Shown here piece after piece: positions 33,801-39,260 of a DNA stretch of 39,260 nt. Positions within the stretch are counted from its first letter, which is position 1, and each line of letters starts with the position of its first letter. The stretch covers positions 1-39,260 of the forward strand of contig PWXP01000101.1 of the NCBI GenBank assembly GCA_003561895.1, in the 5' to 3' direction. The notes beneath the pieces are model-generated. The model was not told where the DNA came from. It was given only the letters and a program-made list of their open reading frames with translations, and did not search any database. A program made the translations under genes and the position numbers. The DNA is from Planctomycetaceae bacterium. GTDB taxonomy: Bacteria > Planctomycetota > Planctomycetia > Pirellulales > Thermoguttaceae.

Positions 33801-34515
33801 CGTTTTCCCGCCGCTTCGGCGCCGTGGTCCGGCGGCCCCGCTTTAGCCACCCGAACAGCCCGCGCCGCTTGCTCGGCAGGGGGGTCAACGGGCTGCCGGC
33901 CGCCGCCGCCGTGTCCATGGCGTCGCCGGCCAGGAGGCCGTCGAGCGGCCCGCCCGCCGAATCGAGCGAACCCAACTCTTCATCCAACAGCGAGGTGCTT
34001 GGCGACGGTTCGGGCTCCTTGGCGGCCTCTTTGGGGCCGGGGGCCGGCTGCTTCGGGCGCTGTTGGGCCGAGGCCGGCGGTGTCTTTGCCGGCTGCTTCG
34101 GGGCCTGTTTGGCAGGTTGCTTCGCAGGTTGTTTGGCAGGGGGCTTCGCCGGCTGTTTCGTGGCCTTGGCCGCCGGGGAACGCTTGGGCCGGTCCTCCTC
34201 GTCGAGCGGGGCCAAGCCCAAATCGTCTTCGTCGGCCGCCTCCGGGGCGGTTTCGGCCGCCGGCGCCTCCCGCTGCGGTTCCTCCGGCTCCCGCTGGGCG
34301 TCCCCTCCGCCGCCCTCCGATTCCGGCAGCGCGGCCAGCAACCGCTTGGCCAGGGCCGGCGTCAGGTGCCCGGCTTCGATCAGTCGCTTGGCCAAGGCCT
34401 CGGGGCGAACGGGTTTCGACGCCTTTGCCACTTGCTGCCGCAGGCTGGCGAGCAGTTTTTCGGGCAGCAAGTCGCGCGCGGCCAAAATATCAAGAAACTT
34501 CTTGGTCGAAGACAT
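30832..34515 (-). CDS. 1227-aa membrane protein: helical N-domain, Lys/Pro/Ala low-complexity linker, one TM helix, TPR-like region, PQQ/BamB-like beta-propeller repeats
   Basis: PAKQ-type repeats (aa ~118-150), TM VLLLSGGALLGLLILGGIVLWILV, and repeated patterns of the type G-x-L-x-a-l-D-x-x-T-G-x-x-x-W (e.g. LWRLDARTGRPRWRL, LHLVDAEAGTSV, LWRIDAADGREIARI). Confidence 0.8.
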   Translation of the reverse strand: MSSTKKFLDILAARDLLPEKLLASLRQQVAKASKPVRPEALAKRLIEAGHLTPALAKRLLAALPESEGGGGDAQREPEEPQREAPAAETAPEAADEDDLGLAPLDEEDRPKRSPAAKATKQPAKPPAKQPAKQPAKQAPKQPAKTPPASAQQRPKQPAPGPKEAAKEPEPSPSTSLLDEELGSLDSAGGPLDGLLAGDAMDTAAAAGSPLTPLPSKRRGLFGWLKRGRRTTAPKRRENVWESPVLLLSGGALLGLLILGGIVLWILVRQSGDDVLAAANEEYRAGSYTQAIHQFDQYLRRFPRHQGASGARVRRGLAQMRQKLLEGGDWPAALATAQEVLDEIPQEDAFGEAGSELAGILPAIAEGLADRAQDDNDPELLDLAREALAMASNRNYVPTRLQPTAKFDEIEARLGLVERQIRQGAELDAAVAAIENALAEGDAAAAYDTRHQLLRNYPALAGDPKLMAATRTISAAQQSAVQVTEEAIEAGTQLPARSASAVLTLAERTTKEPIPNVEDEVLVTAAAGAAYGFNAAYGRLLWKRHLGQAPDGLRAPVAPVAAGAGGDVFVLAPPLRELWRLDARTGRPRWRLPLGEPVDVPPVLAGGQLVVATRGGRLHLVDAEAGTSVRQIQLPQPIPVAPAVDPRRGLIYQAVDHSNLFVLELGSGRCLDVIHLGHAQGSLTAAPVPAPGVLLVPVNDRARSAVLRVYGTAPAESAGAASGDEQDEQADAAPRRRLQEFRVRGLFDTSPVLAGRNVIAITDLGAAYAFELTAAEPHEPLVPILQRETTDSEPLVRYGLFQGGQLYLADNHLTKFAVRAAEGRLVPQWVSAEQSAFLEPPRAIGNALVHVRRRRGEPGVIVAAVHADDGRPLWESRIAAPPAGPPVVDLGGEQVVAASSTGALFQAEIGDIVDESVLDRPAVESGQFRRPVETVVELSDGTLVLSTGAGSDQLAVFTPADPPGRYTWRTLPDQLTCPPSAFLDGVLLPCVPGHLFLFNPRTGEMPAAPFQPPLAPESRLDWRLPAAGDGGHVAVTDGHGTLYSVRMEPDPKPHLKATATVEVARPIAAPLAAAGDMVFAVDEASEVTAYELPGLDRRDQWSLDAPLAWGPRRVGEHALLATEAGQLLCFDAAAKLCWRVDLPNTPPVGAAALDGGHFLLATAGGTLWRIDAADGREIARIELHRPLATAPVPIGNEVLVGGRAGSLYRVKVPDGGLSPSPVQPHASP
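30860..30876 (-). repeat. 17-nt motif GGGGGACTGTCCCCTTC, second identical copy
   Basis: Read on the minus strand, 24 nt before ATG 30835. It lies inside the 3' end of the 1227-aa gene. Confidence 0.8.
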
Positions 34516-34571
34516 AAACCATCTCGTGGCATCTCGGAATTCGAAATTGTACCTTCCGCTCAGCTCGGCCC

Positions 34572-34641
34572 GTTGGAGTTCACGCTTTAGCGTGTGAATT
34601 GCACCGTCGCGTTATTCCGCACGCTGAAGCGTGAACTCCAA
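34572..34641. mobile_element. Nested-palindrome repeat element, copy C, flanked by a 7-bp direct duplication
   Basis: GTTGGAGTTCACGCTTTAGCGTG ... CACGCTGAAGCGTGAACTCCAA. TCGGCCC occurs at 34565-34571 and 34642-34648. Confidence 0.65.
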
Positions 34642-34689
34642 TCGGCCCGGCTGCGAAGCCTGTTTACGGCTCGCGGGACCGGCCGGCGC

Positions 34690-35196
34690 TTAAAAATCGT
34701 CCTCATCGACCGTGGCCAGCCTCAGGCTCTCGAACCCGACGGCGTTTCCGGCGTCCAAAACGCGAACGACCGTCTCGTGGCGGCATCCGGTATCGGCCAG
34801 CACGAGCAGCCGCGACGGGCCTGCATGCCGGGAGCCGGCGCCGGCGGAGCGGGCGGCGCGAAGTCGGACGAGCAGGTCCTGCTCGCTCGGCGCCTCGCTC
34901 TCACCCACCCAAACCGTGTTGTCCTTGTCGATCTGCACGACCACGTAGTCGGCGTCGTCTTCGATCTGCTGAATGGTCCGGGCCTGCTCGGCCTGTTCGG
35001 GGTCGGGCGTGGGCACCTCGATCGACTTCTGAAGGCTGAACGCGGCCGTGACCATGAAGAAAATCAACAACAGGAACGTCACGTCGACCATGGGCGTCAT
35101 GTCCAGCTCGTCGGCTTCGCGCCCGGCGCCGTTGTGGAAGCGCACCGGCGGCGCTTCGTCGCTGGGAACTTCGGGTTGTTTCGGCTGCGCGCTCAT
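34690..35196 (-). CDS. exbD: ExbD/TolR-family biopolymer transport protein (second copy)
   Basis: DELDMTPMVDVTFLLLIFFMVTA is the signature N-terminal TM. One-nt TGATG overlap with the upstream gene. Confidence 0.88.
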   Translation of the reverse strand: MSAQPKQPEVPSDEAPPVRFHNGAGREADELDMTPMVDVTFLLLIFFMVTAAFSLQKSIEVPTPDPEQAEQARTIQQIEDDADYVVVQIDKDNTVWVGESEAPSEQDLLVRLRAARSAGAGSRHAGPSRLLVLADTGCRHETVVRVLDAGNAVGFESLRLATVDEDDF

Positions 35197-35765
35197 CAGC
35201 GAATCTCGTAAACGCCCAGGTTCAACTGGATTCCCTCGGTTTCGGCCGCGGCGACCGCCTGGGTGATCCGGGCCACGTCGCGGTGCAGCACGCCCTTCTC
35301 GGCCTTCACCAGCACGGTGGCCAGCCCCTCCCTGTGAAACCCGGCCGATACCGCCCGGCGAATGATCGCCGCCTGCTCGGCGGGGTCGTCGGGCAGCGCC
35401 ACCCCGGCCTCGCCGCGCAGCGCCCGCTCGATGGCCGCTTCCTGCCCGGCGATATCGGCGGGCAGGGGCTGCCCGCTCTTCCCGTCGCTCAGGTATACTT
35501 TGGCCGCCTGCTGTCCCCCGCGCTCCGCCAAGGTGAAGACCACCGCCGACCGCGGATTGATGCCCGTGCCGTGCCGGGCCGGCGGCAGGTCGGCTTCTAC
35601 CTGCATGTCGGGAATCGACGCTACGAGGAAGAAAATCAGCAGCAGGAACACGATGTCGATCATGGGCGTGATGTCCATATCGACCGAATCGCTCCGCCGG
35701 CCGCGCCGCAGCAGGACATCGACCGTTTCATCCTGCTCGTGCGTTCCGGCCACTTCAACCGCCAT
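35196..35765 (-). CDS. exbD: ExbD/TolR-family biopolymer transport protein (first copy)
   Basis: VDMDITPMIDIVFLLLIFFLVAS. Overlaps the exbB stop by 11 nt. Confidence 0.88.
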   Translation of the reverse strand: MAVEVAGTHEQDETVDVLLRRGRRSDSVDMDITPMIDIVFLLLIFFLVASIPDMQVEADLPPARHGTGINPRSAVVFTLAERGGQQAAKVYLSDGKSGQPLPADIAGQEAAIERALRGEAGVALPDDPAEQAAIIRRAVSAGFHREGLATVLVKAEKGVLHRDVARITQAVAAAETEGIQLNLGVYEIR

Positions 35766-36453
35766 GGCCGCTCCTTTCCGCGGCCTCGGCCGGAGCCGCC
35801 CCCCGACCGCGCCTCGGCGCCAGCGCCGCCTTGAACGCCTCGAGGAACCGCGTCAGCCCGAACCCCACCAAGTCCTCCATCTCCCGGATGCGCACGTTCA
35901 CGCTTGCCCGGGCCAGCACCAGTGGAATGGCGATGGCCAGCCCGCAGGCGGTCGTGATCAGCGCCAGGCTGATGTCGTTGGCCAGGACGTTGGGCGAGAT
36001 TCTTTCCTGCTGTTCGCCGGCCAGCTTGCTGAACGCCCCCATCATGCCGATGACCGTGCCGAACAGGCCGACCATCGGCGCGCTCTTGATGACCGTTTCA
36101 ATCCAACTGAGCCGGTGTTCGAGGTCGGCCAGCACGTCGCGGCGGAACCGGTCGACCAGCAGGTCGCGCACCTTGGTAAAGCCGAGCTGCCGGTTCGATG
36201 CGGCCAGCAGGACGAGTTGGGGGAGGGCTCGCAAGTCGCCGTCGCACATCTGGCCGGCGGCCTCTACGTCGCCACCTTGAAGCTGATCGTCGAGCTGGTC
36301 GAGGAACTCCGATTGCTCCCGCTCGTCGCGGAATCGGATTTGCGCCACGCGCCGCCACACCATAATGACGCTGAACGCGCCCCACAGGGCGATCAGCGCC
36401 AACGCACTGTAAATAAGGATGGCCAAAAAGCCGGTTATCGCCGTCAAGTCCAT
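35755..36453 (-). CDS. exbB: MotA/TolQ/ExbB-family proton channel
   Basis: Three TM segments with APMVGLFGTVIGMMGAF and LALITTACGLAIAIPLVLA. Confidence 0.9.
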   Translation of the reverse strand: MDLTAITGFLAILIYSALALIALWGAFSVIMVWRRVAQIRFRDEREQSEFLDQLDDQLQGGDVEAAGQMCDGDLRALPQLVLLAASNRQLGFTKVRDLLVDRFRRDVLADLEHRLSWIETVIKSAPMVGLFGTVIGMMGAFSKLAGEQQERISPNVLANDISLALITTACGLAIAIPLVLARASVNVRIREMEDLVGFGLTRFLEAFKAALAPRRGRGAAPAEAAERSGHGG

Positions 36454-36474
36454 AAACTCCCTCTATCCTCGTGT

Positions 36475-37329
36475 CTATCGAAACATCTGATCGGTCACCC
36501 GGAACCGGTATCCGTTTCCGTGCGGGCTGATGCCGAAGCGGGTTCGGCGTACGTGGTCGGCCTCGCCGCCGGCGTGCTGCTTTTCCAGGTGGGCCAGTTG
36601 CGCCTCCACCTCCGGCGGCAGGAACTTCAGGATGACGCGACCCTGGGCGTCGATTCCCGCACGGGCCAGCAACTCGCGGTCGGCCTCGATCAACTCGCCG
36701 CCGCGCCAGGTGAGGTAGTAGCGCTTCTCGGCGTCGGCGGAGCCGGTTCGCCTGTCGGGTTTCGGCTTGACCAGGTTGTACGCGTACGTCACCCGATTGC
36801 CCGGCTCGAGCACGCCCAACTCGATCTGAAAGAAGTCGAGCTGCCGGGCGTAGGTTTCCAGCGTGTTGCCCCGCATGAAGGTCCCCTCCCACCGGCGCTC
36901 GACGCCGCCCTGCATTCCCCCGCCGCCCCCTTCGGCCGCCTCCCGCCCCGGCATGGGATCGCCGAACATCGCCGGCTGCGCCGACACTGCGTCAGCAACC
37001 GCTGCCAGCCGCTCGGTAACCTGCGGCTCGAACAGGTCGGTCTGGTCGAGTTCCGGCGCGCCGAGGTCGCGCTGCTCGCTCAGCGGGCTGTCGCTGGTGC
37101 CCACCTGCTCCAAGACGACGGGCACGGCGGCGCGGCTTACGAAGAATCGGCTGGTCAGCCACAGGGCCAGCAAAATCAGCACCGACAGGCCCACCAACAC
37201 CAGGGCCGCCAGCACCATGCTCAGGACCCGATCGTAGAGCGAGACCCGAAGCCCGTCTTGTGAGGAACCGTTCGACTTGGATGGGACTGAAACACTCACG
37301 GAAATCCGCTCAGTTTTGGAACTCGGCAT
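36475..37329 (-). CDS. Hypothetical single-pass membrane protein (284 aa) immediately upstream of exbB
   Basis: A TM helix MVLAALVLVGLSVLILLALWL follows a short cytoplasmic N-terminus, then about 200 aa of extracytoplasmic domain. The start overlaps the upstream gene by 20 nt. No family recognised. Confidence 0.6.
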   Translation of the reverse strand: MPSSKTERISVSVSVPSKSNGSSQDGLRVSLYDRVLSMVLAALVLVGLSVLILLALWLTSRFFVSRAAVPVVLEQVGTSDSPLSEQRDLGAPELDQTDLFEPQVTERLAAVADAVSAQPAMFGDPMPGREAAEGGGGGMQGGVERRWEGTFMRGNTLETYARQLDFFQIELGVLEPGNRVTYAYNLVKPKPDRRTGSADAEKRYYLTWRGGELIEADRELLARAGIDAQGRVILKFLPPEVEAQLAHLEKQHAGGEADHVRRTRFGISPHGNGYRFRVTDQMFR

Positions 37330-38944
37330 TGGGGCGCACCGCCCGGTACCACGCTTGCCATTGGCGCACCGCCGCGGCGCGCTCGGGGGGGCCCGGGGCG
37401 TCGAGCAGGCCGAAACCCGCCGGCCGGCGCGCCAGCCGCCGCAACGCGTCGCGCGCCGCTCGAACCACGCCGGCGTCGGGATCGTCGAGCGCTTGGATCA
37501 GTAGCGGCACCGCGTCCAGGTCGCGCCCGACGCCCAGGGCGCGTACCGCCGCGATGCGGGCCTGCGGCGAGGCGTCTTGGGCGAGCTGATGCAAACGGTC
37601 CGGCCGGCCTCCGAACACCCGCTCCGCTTCCTCCGGCGTCAGTTCGATCAACCGGTCGAGTGCGCGGCCGTAGCGGTCGTCGGCGGGGTCGTCAAGCATG
37701 GCGAGCAGTTCCTCGGCGGGCTCCATCAGCGGCCGGGCCACCACCCGGCCCCGCCGAACCTCCACCTGCTCGGTATCGCTCGGCAGACCGCGCCCGCCCA
37801 CCATCAGCCCCGCCCCCAGACCCTGCGCCTTGTCGATGCTTCGCTTCATCGACCGCATGAGGAACAGCAATGCGAACGCGGTATCGACGGTGTCGCCGCT
37901 CCGGCTGTTCCAACTGCCGGGCTGCCCCTGGGTTTGCACAAGAAAGCCGGCGCCGCTGCGGTACCAGGGAATGCGGTGGCCCTCGCCTTCATGCGCTTCG
38001 CGGAAGCTCATGTACCGCTCGAGGCCGTACAGGTAGTAATGCGTCCAGCCTTCCGGATCGGGCCGGAAGTTCTGGGCCATCCATTGATTCCCGCGGCGCT
38101 GGACTGCGCGAACCAGGGCGGGATCGATACGGGTGCGCGCCGGGCGTTCGGCCGGCTGGTCGTCCCGCACCTCGCGCAAGGCCGGGGGAATACCCTCCTC
38201 CCGCTGAGGTGCCCGCTCGGAAAGGCCCAGCAGATCGGCGCAGATATATAGGCTGCCCAGCCCGGCAACCGTCAGGCTCAGGCGGATCGACGACTGGGGC
38301 ACGGGCTGCCAGTTGGGCGAGACGACGCCCTGGTATCCGTACCCCCCGCTGGGATCCTGCGTGCGTAGGAGCCATTCGGTGAGGCCTTCGATCATCGGCT
38401 GCGGCACGGTGAATCCGGCCCGCCGGGCCTCCCACATCGCCAGGGCAACGTACTGCACCATGGAGGTGTCCCCGGTGGGCCGGTCGCGATAGCCCCAGCC
38501 GCCGTGCGGCTTTTGCGAGCGGCGGAGGATTTCCAGCAGCAGTTCGATTTCGCCGCGATAGGTGCTCGGATCGACTTCGAGCAGGAAGATAGTCGCCAGC
38601 CCCAAAGAGTAAATCTCGTTATTTTGCCGCAGTTCACCCGGGTCGCGCCCCTCCAAAGACCTCCGGATTGCCGCGGCGGCGTGCTGGACCTTCGGATGGT
38701 CCGAATTCGAGCCGTGTTTCAGCAGCGCCAGCCCCACGAGGGCCTGCCCACCTACTCGCCTTTCGTCGTCCGCGCCGGCTTCGATGAATTCGATTCCGCG
38801 TTCGATCGCCCGCTGCACCTGAGGGCTTTCCGGACCCAAGGGGCCGACACCGGCCTGACCACCGGCAACGCCGGGCGCGAGGGACGCGGCCGAGAGCAAC
38901 CCCGTTACCCAGGTCAACCTTACAAATCGGACTTCGCTTGGCAT
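37310..38944 (-). CDS. Secreted prenyltransferase/squalene-cyclase-repeat-like (alpha/alpha toroid) protein with C-terminal HEAT-like repeats
   Basis: Signal-like N-terminus. QW-like repeats SQKPHGGWGY, TQDPSGGYGY and TQGQPGSWNS. C-terminus RIAAVRALGVGRDLDAVPLLIQALDDPDAGVVRAARDALRRL. AGGAG SD 8 nt upstream. Confidence 0.75.
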   Translation of the reverse strand: MPSEVRFVRLTWVTGLLSAASLAPGVAGGQAGVGPLGPESPQVQRAIERGIEFIEAGADDERRVGGQALVGLALLKHGSNSDHPKVQHAAAAIRRSLEGRDPGELRQNNEIYSLGLATIFLLEVDPSTYRGEIELLLEILRRSQKPHGGWGYRDRPTGDTSMVQYVALAMWEARRAGFTVPQPMIEGLTEWLLRTQDPSGGYGYQGVVSPNWQPVPQSSIRLSLTVAGLGSLYICADLLGLSERAPQREEGIPPALREVRDDQPAERPARTRIDPALVRAVQRRGNQWMAQNFRPDPEGWTHYYLYGLERYMSFREAHEGEGHRIPWYRSGAGFLVQTQGQPGSWNSRSGDTVDTAFALLFLMRSMKRSIDKAQGLGAGLMVGGRGLPSDTEQVEVRRGRVVARPLMEPAEELLAMLDDPADDRYGRALDRLIELTPEEAERVFGGRPDRLHQLAQDASPQARIAAVRALGVGRDLDAVPLLIQALDDPDAGVVRAARDALRRLARRPAGFGLLDAPGPPERAAAVRQWQAWYRAVRPNAEFQN

Positions 38945-39076
38945 GGCTCAACTCCTAAGATAGGACCACCCGGCCACAGGCTCCACCAGTTATGCCCCAT
39001 TATAAGGGCCCGCCACGACTGCGAAAACAGTGTCCCTGGGGAAAAGCGGTACGGAACCCCTCGAGTCAAAACTTTC

Positions 39077-39105
39077 ATAGTAGGGCAATTTTGGGCAGTT
39101 GTCAA
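39077..39105 (-). promoter_or_regulatory. Candidate sigma-70 promoter of the ExbBD cluster
   Basis: On the minus strand: TTGACA (39105-39100), 17 nt, TACTAT (39082-39077), about 125 nt upstream of ATG 38944, in a lower-GC non-coding stretch. Confidence 0.45.
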
Positions 39106-39260
39106 CAAGCGGTGTCGCCAGTCGGCCACAGAAATAACTGGGTGCAGGCAACCTAATGTTTTTCACGCAGCGGTACTGGCGGGGGGTTTTCTTGGGCGCG
39201 CATAGGGGGATCCCGGACGTTGTCGGAGGTACTTGGCAAGGCGGTCGTCGTGGGATAACA

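Noticed and set aside
31921-33846. 641-aa plus-strand ORF antisense to the 1227-aa gene
   Set aside because: Shadow ORF. The minus frame has TM, TPR-like and repeated propeller motifs and is translationally coupled to its neighbour.
35362-37263. 633-aa plus-strand ORF antisense to exbD/exbB/upstream gene
   Set aside because: The ExbB and ExbD signatures are on the minus strand. The plus frame crosses three gene boundaries and has a skewed composition.

Overview
This is a densely coding, high-GC bacterial chromosomal window (roughly two-thirds G+C by eye). Gene content and repeat style look Planctomycetota-like, but that is inference only. I can support about 35 protein genes. On the left is a minus-strand sigma-54 module: an AAA+ enhancer-binding protein with no receiver, a stand-alone degenerate receiver, an MJ0042-type zinc-ribbon protein and a BON protein. 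Next come aroA, a second zinc-ribbon paralog, a cyclophilin lipoprotein, a 3-gene ABC-exporter operon, an orphan P-II protein and cdsA. A long housekeeping minus-strand block follows (metallophosphoesterase, pheA, tpiA, secG, yicC, gmk, rpoZ, coaC, coaB). After it is a 5-gene peptide/nickel-type ABC importer whose two permeases carry large insertions. The window ends with an 8-gene minus-strand cluster (26718-38944) built around ExbB-ExbD-ExbD with no recognisable TonB, TolA or TonB-dependent receptor. I regard this cluster as the best candidate for an undescribed envelope system. I saw no rRNA, tRNA, CRISPR array, transposase or phage genes. The intergenic DNA carries several distinct palindromic repeat families. 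One is a ~70-bp nested-palindrome element in three copies, two of them flanked by 7-8 bp direct duplications (MITE/REPIN-like). Another is an identical 17-nt palindromic motif placed 23-24 nt upstream of two internal operon start codons. There are also tandem repeats: 19 bp x5 filling a convergent gap and supplying both stop codons, and 21 bp x3 in frame inside yicC. coaC and coaB are separated only by one in-frame stop codon plus five codons. Most long track ORFs lying antisense to these genes are Arg/Pro/Gly/Ala-rich shadow ORFs typical of high-GC DNA, and I rejected them.
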